Notes: generated by a model from the sequence alone, not told the origin. A stretch of 64,000 nt of DNA from Candidatus Omnitrophota bacterium (GCA_022709525.1 JAKLIQ010000001.1:3797-67796), one strand, 5' to 3'; numbered from the stretch's first letter, positions 18,254 through 28,517 are shown. Program-made: numbers and translations.

Positions 18254-19111
18254 ATGAAAACGATTTTAAAATTAGTCGTAGGGATCGTGGTGGTTCTAGT
18301 GGTGCTCGTGCTTGCGCGGAACATTGTGGTCAAAGCGGCGGTGGAAGGCGGCGTCAAGGCCGCGACCGGCATGCCGCTTAGCATTAAAAAACTGGATCTG
18401 GATTTCTCAAAAACCCTGGTGGATATCGAAGATCTTGTCGTGAAAAACCCGGCCGGGTTTCACGATACGTCCTTGGTGGACATCCCTAAGATCCTGGTGG
18501 ATTACCGCCTTTTCAGTTTCCTGAAAGGAAAAGCCCATCTTGAGAATCTCGAATTCGACATGAAGGAGTTTACCGTTGTTAAAAATGAAAAAGGCGAATT
18601 GAACCTGGATCGCTTAAAAGCTCTCCAGGGGACTCAAAAAGCCCCCGCCGAAGCTCCCAAGGAAGCCAAAGCTCCGGCCAAACCCATCCCGATCCAGATC
18701 GATGTGATGCGGCTTAAGATCGGGAAAGTCGTTTATGTGGATTATTCGGGAGGTGCGCCGTCCACCAAGGAATTCAACATCAATCTCGATCAGACGTTCC
18801 GGGACATTACGGATGTCAATAGCGTCGTACGGCTGATCGTTCTAAAAGCCATGATGAGTTCCGGGATCTCCAATCTTGTGAATTTTGACGTGCAGGGTCT
18901 CCAGGGCGCCATGAGCGGCGTTCTCGATCATTCCGCCCAGTTGGCTGCGCAAGCAGCGTCGAAAGGGTTGGATGCCTTTAAAACCGTCACGCAAGATCCT
19001 ACGGCGGCAGCCGGGCAGGCGGGAGAAACGCTTAAAAGCACGGCAGGAGCGATCACGAGCGCTGCGAGCAGTCTTAAAAAATTAAACCCGTTCGCAAAAA
19101 GCGAATCTTGA
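18254..19111 (+). CDS. hypothetical membrane-anchored protein
   Basis: N-terminal TM (LKLVVGIVVVLVVLVLA); RBS AAAGGAGG upstream; 285 aa with no clear domain. Confidence 0.5.
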   Translation: MKTILKLVVGIVVVLVVLVLARNIVVKAAVEGGVKAATGMPLSIKKLDLDFSKTLVDIEDLVVKNPAGFHDTSLVDIPKILVDYRLFSFLKGKAHLENLEFDMKEFTVVKNEKGELNLDRLKALQGTQKAPAEAPKEAKAPAKPIPIQIDVMRLKIGKVVYVDYSGGAPSTKEFNINLDQTFRDITDVNSVVRLIVLKAMMSSGISNLVNFDVQGLQGAMSGVLDHSAQLAAQAASKGLDAFKTVTQDPTAAAGQAGETLKSTAGAITSAASSLKKLNPFAKSES

Positions 19112-19304
19112 TATTTCGGCTTCTAGGAAAGGTTTTTGACGTGGCGCCCAAGTCTTCATCTTCTTTTTATGGACGGCGACTTGGACAGCCCTGGCTTTTA
19201 TTAAAGATTAAAGGTAGTCAGGACTGCACTGATTTCTGATTATTTTTTTAATAAAAATCAAGTGCTGTCATGATCCCAGATCTATTTTTTGATTAAGGAA
19301 AATC

Positions 19305-20531
19305 ATGGCGAACCGGGAAAAAGAGCTGAAGACGCTTCTTGAGATCACCGGGCAGATCAATGCCGGGAAAACGCTCGATGAAGTTCTTGATGACGCTTAC
19401 CACTCCTTGCGCGAGATCATTCCTTATCAAAGGATCGGCTTTTCGCTTTTGGAGGAGAACGACAGCGTCTTGAGGGCTTATTGGGTCCGCTCGGAAGCTT
19501 CCGTGATCAAGATCGGAAAAGGTTATTCCGCGGAAATGCGGGGAAGCAGTCTCGAGAAAGTCCTTCGGAGTGGCAGCCCACGCATCTTAAATGACCTTAA
19601 GGCCTACCTTAGGGACCACCCGCGGTCCAAATCCACGAAGGATATCGTTGAGGAAGGCATGCTTTCGAGTCTGACCTGCCCGCTCATCGCTTCCGGCAAG
19701 TCCGTCGGATTTCTCTTTTTTTCAAGTATGCGCATAAATGAATACAAAAATGCGCATGTCGAACTTTTCCAGGAGATCGCGGGCCAGCTTGCCCTGACCC
19801 TTGAAAAAAGCCGGCTTTATCAGGAGGCCATCCGGCTGAATGATCTTAAAAACAAATTCCTGGGGATCGCCGCGCATGATCTTCGCAGCCCGATCGCGGT
19901 CATCAAAGGCTACGTTGACCTTTTTAAGGACGGGATTTTAGGGGAGATGCCGGAAGCGCAAAAGGAGCCCACGCGGGCTATTTCGCAGCATTGCGATAAA
20001 ATGCTCGCTTTGATCGACGATCTTTTGGATGTCAGCGCGATCGAATCCGGCCGGCTCGATCTTCGGAAAAAGGAGATCGACCTTACGGCCTATCTTGAAG
20101 AAAGTTGTCGCAACAACGCTTTGGTGGCCAGGGCAAAGTCGATCGAACTTAACGCAGAGATCCCTTCGCATCTTCCTCGCGTCCTCATGGATCCCGACCG
20201 CATCGATCAGGTGATCAATAATCTGGTCGCGAACGCCGTCAAATTCTCAAACGCCGGAAGCCGTATCATTCTCCGGGCTGTTCCGCTTTCTCAGGCGGTT
20301 GCCATATCGGTTATCGATCAAGGACAGGGCATTCCTCAAAGCGAGATCCCGAAAATGTTCCAATATTTCGGAAAGACGGATGTCGCTCCAACTGCGGGGG
20401 AAAAGAGCACCGGACTGGGGCTCGCGATCGCGAAGAAGATCGTGGAAGCCCATGGCGGCAAGATCGGAGTGGAAAGTCAGGCCGGCAGAGGCTCCACATT
20501 TACTTTCACGCTTCCCCTGACACATTCCTGA
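19305..20531 (+). CDS. GAF-domain sensor histidine kinase
   Basis: H-box [18 protein letters not shown]. HATPase_c motifs …[10 protein letters not shown]… [20 protein letters not shown]…. Confidence 0.8.
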   Translation: MANREKELKTLLEITGQINAGKTLDEVLDDAYHSLREIIPYQRIGFSLLEENDSVLRAYWVRSEASVIKIGKGYSAEMRGSSLEKVLRSGSPRILNDLKAYLRDHPRSKSTKDIVEEGMLSSLTCPLIASGKSVGFLFFSSMRINEYKNAHVELFQEIAGQLALTLEKSRLYQEAIRLNDLKNKFLGIAAHDLRSPIAVIKGYVDLFKDGILGEMPEAQKEPTRAISQHCDKMLALIDDLLDVSAIESGRLDLRKKEIDLTAYLEESCRNNALVARAKSIELNAEIPSHLPRVLMDPDRIDQVINNLVANAVKFSNAGSRIILRAVPLSQAVAISVIDQGQGIPQSEIPKMFQYFGKTDVAPTAGEKSTGLGLAIAKKIVEAHGGKIGVESQAGRGSTFTFTLPLTHS

Positions 20532-20532
20532 A

Positions 20533-21063
20533 ATGATCAGCATTGAGATCAAAGCGCGCTGTACGGACCTCCTTCGTATTCGCAAGATCCTCAAAGCCCG
20601 CCGCGCCCGCTTCAAGGGCCTTGACCGTCAGGTTGATACTTATTTCCGCGTTCCGTCGGGCCGCTTAAAGCTCCGCGAAGGGAATATAGAGAACGCGTTG
20701 ATCTATTATGAGCGCGCCGATCGAAAAAGCAGCAAGCTTTGCAAGGCCGTTCTTTTTAAATGTCCTGACCCGGCCTCCTTAAAGAGGATCCTTTCGGCCG
20801 CGGCGAGGGTTCTGGCGGTGGTCGATAAGAAGCGCGAGATCTATTTTATTAAAAACGCAAAGTTTCATATCGACCGGGTCAAAAAAATCGGAAATTTTGT
20901 CGAGATCGAAGTCTTCGGCCTTACACGAGACCTCGGGAAGCTAAAGGAGCAATGCGAATTTTACAGAAGATTATTCGGGATCAGATCACGAGACCTTGCG
21001 GCGGATTCCTACAGCGATCAACTCGTCAGACTACAGACAAGAGACCGCAGCCTAAAAAGATAA
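20533..21063 (+). CDS. CYTH-domain protein (class IV adenylyl cyclase / CyaB-like)
   Basis: EIKARC…QVDTYFRVPSGRLKLREG…LIYYERAD…H.DRV..IGNFVEIEV matches the CYTH pattern. Confidence 0.65.
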   Translation: MISIEIKARCTDLLRIRKILKARRARFKGLDRQVDTYFRVPSGRLKLREGNIENALIYYERADRKSSKLCKAVLFKCPDPASLKRILSAAARVLAVVDKKREIYFIKNAKFHIDRVKKIGNFVEIEVFGLTRDLGKLKEQCEFYRRLFGIRSRDLAADSYSDQLVRLQTRDRSLKR

Positions 21064-21104
21064 GGAGTTTTTGCTGTAGTCTGTCGTCTGTGGTCTGAAG
21101 TCTG
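21064..21104. repeat. CAGACNA heptamer-repeat element (reverse orientation) plus a hairpin; bidirectional terminator between convergent genes
   Basis: The reverse complement reads CAGACTTCAGACCACAGACGACAGACTACAGCAAAAACTCC, closely matching the element inside gatB at about 51300. Confidence 0.6.
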
Positions 21105-22184
21105 TCAGGCGAAGTCACTGAGCCTGACGGGCAGACGTTTCGAACCCCAGTTTCCCGGCTTGTCCTCAAAAACGCCGATACAAATAGCCCCGCAAAACTT
21201 GCAAACGATTTTTTCTTTTAGATTCCATTCCGCGATCTCAAACCCGTTCCGCGCGATCAGTTTTTTACCGCACGCATGGCAAAAAGTCGCTTCTCCCTCG
21301 GGGTTTTCTACGTTGCCGGTATAACAGTAAAGAATCCCGTTTTGAAGGGCGATCTCGCGAGCTTTCAGGAGCGTTGAGACCGGAGTCGGGGAAAGCTCCG
21401 TGAGTTTGTAAGCGGGATGAAATGCTGAGAAATGAAGCGGGACATCGGTTCCGAGGTTTTTCACGATCCAAGAAGTCAGGTCCCGCAATTCCTTTTCCGA
21501 GTCGTTAAGTCCCGGGATAAGGAGCGTCGTGATCTCAAGCCAGACAGGAGTCTCTTTTTTGATATAGATCAACGTTTCAAGGACCGGCCGAAGAGAGCTG
21601 TCCGTGTATTTTTTATAAAATTCCTCCGTAAAGCCTTTCAGGTCCACGTTGGCCGCATCTATTGTCTCATAAAATTCCTTGCGGGGTTCCGGGCAGACAT
21701 AGCCGGCCGTTACCGCCACGGTCTTGATCCCGAGCTTGTGACATGCTTTAGCCGTATCGACGGCGTATTCATGAAAGATCGCGGGCTCGTTATAGGTAAA
21801 AGCCACGCTGCGGCAACCGAGGGTTTTTGCGGTCTTGGCGATGAGTTCCGGGGAGGCGGCGTCGGCGAGCGTATCCATTTCACGGGAATGGCTGATGTCG
21901 GCGTTCTGGCAGAATTTACAGCCGAGATTACACCCGGCGGTCCCGAAAGAAAGGACCGGTGTGCCGGGAAGAAAATGAAAGAGAGGTTTTTTCTCGATCG
22001 GATCCACGCAAAAGCCGCTCGATCGGCCGTAGGTGGTGAGCACTATTTGGCCCTTTTCGCACGCCCGGACAAAACAATACCCGCGCTGTCCTTCCGCGAG
22101 TTTGCAATGCCGCGGACAAGCGTTGCACTGAACGCGGCCGTCCTTCAGTTTTTCCCAGTAGTTTGTCGGAACAACGGATCCCAT
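21105..22184 (-). CDS. amrS: AmmeMemoRadiSam system radical SAM enzyme
   Basis: …QCNACPRHC…GYCFVR…DPIEKKPLFHFLPGT…GTAGCNLGCKFCQNADIS… is the characteristic AmrS N-terminus with a CxxxCxxC cluster. Confidence 0.75.
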   Translation of the reverse strand: MGSVVPTNYWEKLKDGRVQCNACPRHCKLAEGQRGYCFVRACEKGQIVLTTYGRSSGFCVDPIEKKPLFHFLPGTPVLSFGTAGCNLGCKFCQNADISHSREMDTLADAASPELIAKTAKTLGCRSVAFTYNEPAIFHEYAVDTAKACHKLGIKTVAVTAGYVCPEPRKEFYETIDAANVDLKGFTEEFYKKYTDSSLRPVLETLIYIKKETPVWLEITTLLIPGLNDSEKELRDLTSWIVKNLGTDVPLHFSAFHPAYKLTELSPTPVSTLLKAREIALQNGILYCYTGNVENPEGEATFCHACGKKLIARNGFEIAEWNLKEKIVCKFCGAICIGVFEDKPGNWGSKRLPVRLSDFA

Positions 22185-22248
22185 AACGTTATTATAGTCT
22201 ACTCTTCAAATATCTCTGGGATAAAAAAGCGGGAACTGATACTGGCTT

Positions 22249-23544
22249 TTATAGCAAGAAATGCAGAAGCGAAAGGCCGGCAATGACCCACATCGCGGGT
22301 TGGATCTCCCGGAGCTTGAGCCGCACGACCTTGAAGACCACAAAACTTAAGAATCCGAACGCGAGTCCCGCGGCGATCGAATAACTTAATGCGATCATCA
22401 CAACGATCACGAACGCGGGGAATCCCTCCTCCATATTTGAGAAATTGATCTCTTTGACCTCCTTCATCATAAAAAATCCCACCAGAATAAGCGCCGGCGC
22501 TGTTGCATAGGCAGGAACGATCGCGATGACCGGAATGAAGAGCATCCCGAGGAGGAACAGGGTAGCGGTCACGATCGAGGTAAGGCCGGTCCGCCCACCC
22601 TCTCCGATGCCGGTCGCGGATTCAACGTAAGTCGTGGTCGTAGAGGTCCCGAAGATCGCACCGATCATGGTCGCGATCGCGTCCAACGAAAGCAATCGGT
22701 CTAGACCCCGGATATTCCCTTTTTCGTCCGTGAACTTCGCTTGATGGCAGCACGCCACGAGCGAGCCGATACTGTCAAAAAGGTCCATGAACATAAGAGC
22801 GAAAATAGAGCCCATGAAGCTCCATTTAAGAGCCCCCAGAATGTCGAGTTTGAACGCGATCGGGGAAAAGCTCATTTCAAAGGAAAGCCACGCTTCCGGC
22901 CAGGCGATCTTCCCCATGAGGAGCGCGATCAAAGTGGATGTCAGAATGCCGAGGATCATGGCCCCTTTTACTTTTTTCATCTCAAGCGTGATCATGACGA
23001 GGAAGCCCGCGAGCCCTATCAATGCGGTGGACGTAACGGGGGCCGCCGAGATCAGCGTCGCCTCGCTTCTTTGAATGATCCCGAGATTGACCAGGCCGAT
23101 GAAAGTAATAAAAAGGCCGATCCCCACGGACATGGCTGAAATAAGCGAACGCGGGATCGCCTGGACGAGTTTTCGCCGCATGCCGGCCAAGGTCAGGATG
23201 AAGAAGCAAAAGCCGGAGATAAAAACGATCCCGAGCGCCGTCTGCCAGCTGATTTTATCCGTCAGGACCAGCGAATAAGCGAAAAAGGCGTTCAATCCCA
23301 TGCCGGGCGCCATGGCGATCGGGGCGTTGGCGAAAAGTCCCGTCATCAAAGTCGTAAGCGCCGTGACAAGGCAGGTGACCGTGATCAGGGCGGTTTTATC
23401 CATACCGGTTGCGGACAGGATGTTGGGGTTCACGAAAATAATATAAGCCATGGCGAGGAACGTCGTGACGCCGGCGATGATCTCGGTATGGAGATTTGTT
23501 TTTCTTTCCGTGAATTTGAACCAGCGGTCAAGGAAGGCCAGCAT
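22249..23544 (-). CDS. NCS2-family purine permease (AzgA/PbuG-like)
   Basis: …TEIIAGVTTFLAMAYIIFVNPNIL… 431 aa, 12-14 TM. Confidence 0.8.
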   Translation of the reverse strand: MLAFLDRWFKFTERKTNLHTEIIAGVTTFLAMAYIIFVNPNILSATGMDKTALITVTCLVTALTTLMTGLFANAPIAMAPGMGLNAFFAYSLVLTDKISWQTALGIVFISGFCFFILTLAGMRRKLVQAIPRSLISAMSVGIGLFITFIGLVNLGIIQRSEATLISAAPVTSTALIGLAGFLVMITLEMKKVKGAMILGILTSTLIALLMGKIAWPEAWLSFEMSFSPIAFKLDILGALKWSFMGSIFALMFMDLFDSIGSLVACCHQAKFTDEKGNIRGLDRLLSLDAIATMIGAIFGTSTTTTYVESATGIGEGGRTGLTSIVTATLFLLGMLFIPVIAIVPAYATAPALILVGFFMMKEVKEINFSNMEEGFPAFVIVVMIALSYSIAAGLAFGFLSFVVFKVVRLKLREIQPAMWVIAGLSLLHFLL

Positions 23545-23548
23545 CGCT

Positions 23549-23902
23549 TTAATCGGCGGAGCGGATCATGATGAGGAGCATTTTAAAAGGCGTTACGGCC
23601 TTAAGCGAATGAGGAATGTTGGCCGGCATGATGATCATCTCGCCTTTTTTGACCGTATGGGATCTGCCACCGATCCGGATTTCCGCTTTCCCGTCAAGTA
23701 CCATGACCGATGCGTCGTAAGGCGCTGTGTGTTCGCTTAATCCTTCCCTCTTATCGAAGGCAAAAAGCGTGAGCGTGCCCGCTTTTTTATTCAGGATTTG
23801 CGTGCTGACCACGGAGTTTTTTTGGTAGGCCATCAAATCTTCGAGTTTCAGGGGCTTTGCCAGAAAATCCTGCGGTCTTGATTTTTTGTCTGGATGTGGC
23901 AT
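23549..23902 (-). CDS. cupin domain protein
   Basis: 117 aa with a …MVLDGKAEIRIGGRSHTVKKGEMIIMPANIPHSL… cupin barrel. Confidence 0.6.
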   Translation of the reverse strand: MPHPDKKSRPQDFLAKPLKLEDLMAYQKNSVVSTQILNKKAGTLTLFAFDKREGLSEHTAPYDASVMVLDGKAEIRIGGRSHTVKKGEMIIMPANIPHSLKAVTPFKMLLIMIRSAD

Positions 23903-23908
23903 GGATCG

Positions 23909-24973
23909 TTAAAAACACTTTCCTGTTTTGGGCCTTGGGCAGGGCGTGATGCTGCACTTGTAGCAAATTTCGTTAACAAGGGAGCCTTTTGAAAAATAGT
24001 CCCGGATATTTGTCAGGGTGGTTTCGGCGATATTATGGAGCGCTTCTTTGGTAAAAAACCCCTGATGGGAGGTGATCACCACATTATTAAACGAAAGGAG
24101 CCGGGCCAGGATGTCATCGGTAATGACCTTGTTCGAAAAATCTTCGAAGAAATAGTCGCTTTCTTCCTCGTAAACATCGAGTCCTGCGTAGCCGATCTTG
24201 CCGGTCTTGAGCCCCTCGATCAGCGCCTTGGAATCGATCAGCATGCCGCGGCCCGTGTTGATGATCATGACACCGGGTTTCATCTTGGCGATATTCGCTT
24301 CATTGATCAGGTGATACGTTTCTTTCGTGAGCGGGCAGTGGAGCGAAATAATGTCCGATTCCTTATAAAGCGTATCAAGGTCCACATAATCAAACCCCGT
24401 TTTTTTCCGGTAATCTTCGTCCGGAAAGGCGTCATAGGCCAGGATCTTCATGCCGAACCCTTTGAGGATCTCGACCGCGGCTCGGCCGATCTTGCCGGTA
24501 CCGATGATGCCCGCGGTTTTTCCGCGCATATCAAATCCCAACAGTCCGTTCAATGTAAAATTATTATCCCGGGTCCGGTAATAGGCCCGATGAACTTTTC
24601 GGTTGAGCGCCAGCATGAGCGCGACCGCGTGCTCGGCCACGGCGTGAGGGGAATAAGCGGGGACGCGGACCGCATGAATCTTTCCGAAAAGTGATTTTAG
24701 ATCGATATTATTATACCCTGCGGCCCGGATCGCAATAAGCCGGATCCCATGGCGGACAAGCGTGTCGATGACTTCTTTTTGGATGGTATCATTCACAAAA
24801 ACGCAGACGGCCTGGAACCCTTGGGTCAGGGAGGCCGTTTCTTTCGTCAGATGATTTTTAAAATAGCTGATATTGAGGCCGAAATCCCGGTTGGCGTTAT
24901 TGAAGGATTCAATGTCATAGGGCTTGGCGTCGAAGAACGCTATTTTAACCGCTTGAAGATCGTTTTTTGCCAT
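23909..24973 (-). CDS. D-lactate dehydrogenase / D-2-hydroxyacid dehydrogenase with a Cys-rich C-terminal tail
   Basis: ORF 23909..25060. Start MAKNDLQAVKIAFFD at 24973 (RBS GGGAGAG). NAD-binding GIIGTGKIGRA; catalytic …ISLHCPLT…INTGRG…; extra tail …EICYKCSITPCPRPKTGKCF. Confidence 0.8.
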   Translation of the reverse strand: MAKNDLQAVKIAFFDAKPYDIESFNNANRDFGLNISYFKNHLTKETASLTQGFQAVCVFVNDTIQKEVIDTLVRHGIRLIAIRAAGYNNIDLKSLFGKIHAVRVPAYSPHAVAEHAVALMLALNRKVHRAYYRTRDNNFTLNGLLGFDMRGKTAGIIGTGKIGRAAVEILKGFGMKILAYDAFPDEDYRKKTGFDYVDLDTLYKESDIISLHCPLTKETYHLINEANIAKMKPGVMIINTGRGMLIDSKALIEGLKTGKIGYAGLDVYEEESDYFFEDFSNKVITDDILARLLSFNNVVITSHQGFFTKEALHNIAETTLTNIRDYFSKGSLVNEICYKCSITPCPRPKTGKCF

Positions 24974-25100
24974 GGTCTTTCTCTCCCGGCCTTCATTATA
25001 GCCCCGCCGGGGGACAAATGCCAAGCGGTCTTGATGCTCCGGACCCCGCGAAATCTTCATGGGCAGAGGGTTTTTTTTGGAGTAGAATCAAATTTCAGCT

Positions 25101-26582
25101 ATGAGCGAAGCCAAAGCCGAAAAACGAAAACTTTTCAAGTACCAATCCGTCGAAGGCACCGATCTTCAGCGGAAGGTCGGCATCGCTTTCTTCCTCATGT
25201 CGCTTGTGCCTATCCTGCTCATGCTTTATATGATCCTGTTCCATTTTAAGCCGGATACGGATCAGGGTTATAAGATCGATCTCCAGCTGCTCGCTTTGCT
25301 CGCGCTTTGCTCCTCCATCATCGGTTATTGGATCATCCGCATGATCGCGTCTTCCATTTCGGCCATGGCGAAGAACGCCCAGGACCTCCTCGACGGAAAG
25401 ATCCTTACGGCCCAGATCGACGTCAAAGACCAGTCCCAGGAGATCCGCAACCTTGTGAAGGTTTTTAACGGAGTCAACCGGAACCTGGAAGACCAGGTCA
25501 AAAAGCTTGAGGAGTCGAGGGCTCTTATCCAAGACCTGCTCAAGAACATAGGGTCTGTCATTAATTCCGAAGAAAAGGTCGAAAGTTTTTTTGATCTCAT
25601 CATTGGCAGCATGATCAAAGCGCTTGAGGCCGAGAGCGGCGCGCTGATCCTTTTGGCGGAAGAGGATAAAGAAAAGTTCTTTTACCATGTTGCGGCCTGC
25701 GGCAAAGAGCGCGAAAAGATCCTTTCACTCGCTTCGCGGAGATCTCCCAGCATCATGTGGATGAGCCAGGAAAAAAGACCTCTTGTGATCAATCGCACCG
25801 CCGAGTCGGACGGCGCGGCGCCGGAACAAGACGAACTTACTTACCGATCCCTTATGTGCGTTCCCCTCCGTTTTCAAAATAAAAACCTCGGATGTATCCT
25901 CGTTCTGAACAAGCGCAATGAACAGCCATTTACTTCCGAAGACACACTGCTTCTGGAGCATGTCGCCAATCAGATCGCGATCGCGGCGGAAAATTCGCGT
26001 CTTATGGCCGATGCCGAACGGAGCTATGTGGAAACGATCGCCGCGCTGGCGGTGGCTGTCGAAGAAAGAGATCCCTACACCCGGGGCCACTTGGATCGCG
26101 TCGCGAACTACGCGGTCCGGGTCGGCCAAGCCATGCGTATGAGCGAAAAAGATGTTCAAACCCTCAAGGACGGCGCGTTCCTTCATGATGTCGGGAAGAT
26201 CGCGATCGAGGACCGCATCTTGCTTAAGCCCGATAAATTCACGCCGGAAGAACGCAAGATCATGGAAAGCCATCCGGAGAAAGGCGAAAAGATCATCGCG
26301 CCGCTTCACTCCTTCAAGGATCTCCGCGAGATCGTGCGTCATCATCAGGAATGGTATGACGGTTCCGGTTATCCGGACGGGGCCAAAGGCGATCAGATCT
26401 CTTTGGGCGCCAGGATCCTCACGGTGGTGGATGTTTATGACGCGCTCACGACCACGCGGCCTTACCGCCAGGCGCTTCCGCCGGAAGAAGCCCTGAAGAT
26501 CATGAACAAAGAATCCGGGACCCATTTCGACCCGGAGGTGTTGAAAGTTTTTTCCGGGATCATCCAGCAAGAACGGCCTTGA
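25101..26582 (+). CDS. membrane-anchored GAF - HD-GYP c-di-GMP phosphodiesterase
   Basis: TM/HAMP-like N-terminus; HD motif HDVGKIAI; HD-GYP signature HHQEWYDGSGYP. Confidence 0.8.
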   Translation: MSEAKAEKRKLFKYQSVEGTDLQRKVGIAFFLMSLVPILLMLYMILFHFKPDTDQGYKIDLQLLALLALCSSIIGYWIIRMIASSISAMAKNAQDLLDGKILTAQIDVKDQSQEIRNLVKVFNGVNRNLEDQVKKLEESRALIQDLLKNIGSVINSEEKVESFFDLIIGSMIKALEAESGALILLAEEDKEKFFYHVAACGKEREKILSLASRRSPSIMWMSQEKRPLVINRTAESDGAAPEQDELTYRSLMCVPLRFQNKNLGCILVLNKRNEQPFTSEDTLLLEHVANQIAIAAENSRLMADAERSYVETIAALAVAVEERDPYTRGHLDRVANYAVRVGQAMRMSEKDVQTLKDGAFLHDVGKIAIEDRILLKPDKFTPEERKIMESHPEKGEKIIAPLHSFKDLREIVRHHQEWYDGSGYPDGAKGDQISLGARILTVVDVYDALTTTRPYRQALPPEEALKIMNKESGTHFDPEVLKVFSGIIQQERP

Positions 26583-26596
26583 GGTTTTAAGCGACC

Positions 26597-28036
26597 TTGA
26601 TCCGAAAAGCGTCGGTTCTGATTTTGATCATTCTGTTCCTTGGGGGAGGGCCTGCCGTGGCTTACGCAAAAGAAAATACCCGCAAGGCTGCTGTCAGCGG
26701 CCAATTCTATCCTTCCGATCCCGTCGAGCTCAAAAAAGAGATCGGGCGGTTCCTTTCAAAAGCGAAAACAAAGCCGGATCCTTCGGTCAGATCCATCATT
26801 GTCCCGCACGCGGGTTATCCCTACTCCGGCCCCGTCGCGGCGCAGGCTTATAAACTGGTCGAGGGCCGGAAATTCGACAGCGTGATCATCGTGGCTTTTC
26901 TCCATCGCGTTTTCTTAAACGGCGTCCTGGTCGACCACGTCGATTTTTATGAAACACCGCTCGGAAAAGTTCCGGTCAACAAGGATCTTGTCAAAACACT
27001 CCGCGCCCAAGACTCTCTTCTTGACGAAGAAGCCCGCGGCGAACTCGAGGAGCATTCTCTGGAAGTTCAGATCCCGTTCCTTCAGGAAACAGTCCCGCAA
27101 CTTAAAATTGTCCCCATTTACATCGGGAAGCAGAATCTGGAGCACGCGAAGGTCCTGGCGAAAGCGATCGCGAAAGCGATCGAAGGAAAAAACGTCCTTG
27201 TCGTGGCGACGACCGATCTTTCGCATTTCTATCCTTATGATACGGCCGTTGGAAAAGACAAAACCGCGATCGACCTGATCGAAAAGGGCGACATCGAAAC
27301 TCTCTACGAGGCGTATCGTCAGGAAAAAGCGGAAGCGTGCGGCATGGGGCCGGTCCTTACGGCCATGCTCTTGGCCGAGCAGATGGGCTGGCGGAAACCG
27401 GCACTGGTCCAATACGCCAATTCGGGGGATGTCACAGGCGATCGAAGCTCTGTTGTCGGGTACGGCGCCTTCGCGATCCGCGGATCTTCGGGAACTTCAG
27501 GGGATATCGGAAAAACACTTCTGGAATATTCCCGCGCCGTTCTCAAGGCGCATTTTTCTTCAAAAACAAAAGAGCCCAAACCGCCCGAGGGCGGGGTGTT
27601 TGAGGAAAAACGGGGCGTTTTCGTGACCTTAAAAAAACACGGGCATTTACGCGGTTGTATCGGACAGATCATCAGCGACCGGCCCGTCAAAACAAATATC
27701 CGCGAAATGACGCTCGCGGCGGCGCTCGAGGACCCGCGTTTTCCTCCGGTGACGGCGAACGAATTGGATCAACTGGATATCCATATTTCGCTTCTTACGA
27801 AGCCGAAAAAGATAAGCTCCTATAAAGAGATCCGGCTCGGGACGGACGGCATCATCGTCTCGCACGGATGGAAAAAAGGCGTCTATCTCCCCGAAGTGGC
27901 GACTGAGACCGGCTGGGATCAGAAGGCCTTTTTTGAGAGTTGTGCGCTTGAAAAAGCGGGGATCTCTCCCGCCGAACTTGATTTAGCCGGGATCGAGGTG
28001 TTCCAGACAGAAGGTTTTGGCGAGAAAGAGGCCTGA
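26597..28036 (+). CDS. fused AmmeMemoRadiSam system protein B (Memo-like) and protein A (AMMECR1 domain)
   Basis: N-terminal half …AVSGQFYPSDP…IIVPHAGYPYSGPVAA… (Memo). C-terminal half …GVFVTLKKHGHLRGCIGQI… (AMMECR1). ORF-track start is TTG 26597 with a signal-peptide-like N-terminus. An alternative GTG at 26654 behind GGGGGAGGG would give a cytoplasmic protein. Confidence 0.75.
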   Translation: MIRKASVLILIILFLGGGPAVAYAKENTRKAAVSGQFYPSDPVELKKEIGRFLSKAKTKPDPSVRSIIVPHAGYPYSGPVAAQAYKLVEGRKFDSVIIVAFLHRVFLNGVLVDHVDFYETPLGKVPVNKDLVKTLRAQDSLLDEEARGELEEHSLEVQIPFLQETVPQLKIVPIYIGKQNLEHAKVLAKAIAKAIEGKNVLVVATTDLSHFYPYDTAVGKDKTAIDLIEKGDIETLYEAYRQEKAEACGMGPVLTAMLLAEQMGWRKPALVQYANSGDVTGDRSSVVGYGAFAIRGSSGTSGDIGKTLLEYSRAVLKAHFSSKTKEPKPPEGGVFEEKRGVFVTLKKHGHLRGCIGQIISDRPVKTNIREMTLAAALEDPRFPPVTANELDQLDIHISLLTKPKKISSYKEIRLGTDGIIVSHGWKKGVYLPEVATETGWDQKAFFESCALEKAGISPAELDLAGIEVFQTEGFGEKEA

Positions 28037-28129
28037 TCCGGCGTTGTAAAAAAAGTGAAAGAAAACGCCGGAACGCCGATACCTAGACAAAGCGGTTTTG
28101 TCTTGTTATCAGAAAAGGAGAATCGGACC

Positions 28130-28492
28130 ATGAGAAAGATCGCCCTATTCCTTGCTTTTATGCTGCTGGTCTCGAGTATTTATGCCAGCGCCTCGACGAT
28201 CGAGAAAATGAATTCCAATAAGGCCCTTACCAAATTTTCCCGCGGCGTCACGAATATCGTAAGCAGCCCGGGAGAATACGCGACCCAGACGCCTACCGCG
28301 ATGGAACAAAGCCCCGATTACCTTACCGGCTTTCTCATGACCATTGGCCGCGGGACGGGTTATATGCTTTTGCGCGCCACGTCAGGGATCTACGATGTCG
28401 TAACGGCTCCCTTTCCCGGTCCGACAAATTACGGCCCGATCATGAAACCCGAGACGATCTTCGACAAAGCCGCGGATTCGGTCACAAAGTAA
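28130..28492 (+). CDS. small secreted protein (possibly exosortase-associated TIGR04073-like)
   Basis: ATG 28130 behind AAAGGAGAA. Signal peptide MRKIALFLAFMLLVSSIYASAS; 120 aa. Confidence 0.5.
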   Translation: MRKIALFLAFMLLVSSIYASASTIEKMNSNKALTKFSRGVTNIVSSPGEYATQTPTAMEQSPDYLTGFLMTIGRGTGYMLLRATSGIYDVVTAPFPGPTNYGPIMKPETIFDKAADSVTK

Positions 28493-28517
28493 AAAAGCGA
28501 CACGGTTCACATCCTCC

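Noticed and set aside
21432-22286. 284-aa plus-strand ORF
   Set aside because: Antisense to amrS (radical SAM with a CxxxCxxC cluster).
24035-24694. 219-aa plus-strand ORF
   Set aside because: Antisense to the D-lactate dehydrogenase gene.
25725-26570. 281-aa minus-strand ORF
   Set aside because: Antisense to the HD-GYP phosphodiesterase, which has clear motifs. No domain signal.
26597-26653. Signal peptide on the Memo-AMMECR1 fusion
   Set aside because: Not accepted as established. The hydrophobic N-terminus depends on a TTG start with no RBS, whereas a GTG 57 nt downstream has a strong GGGGGAGGG RBS. Kept as an open question in the findings.
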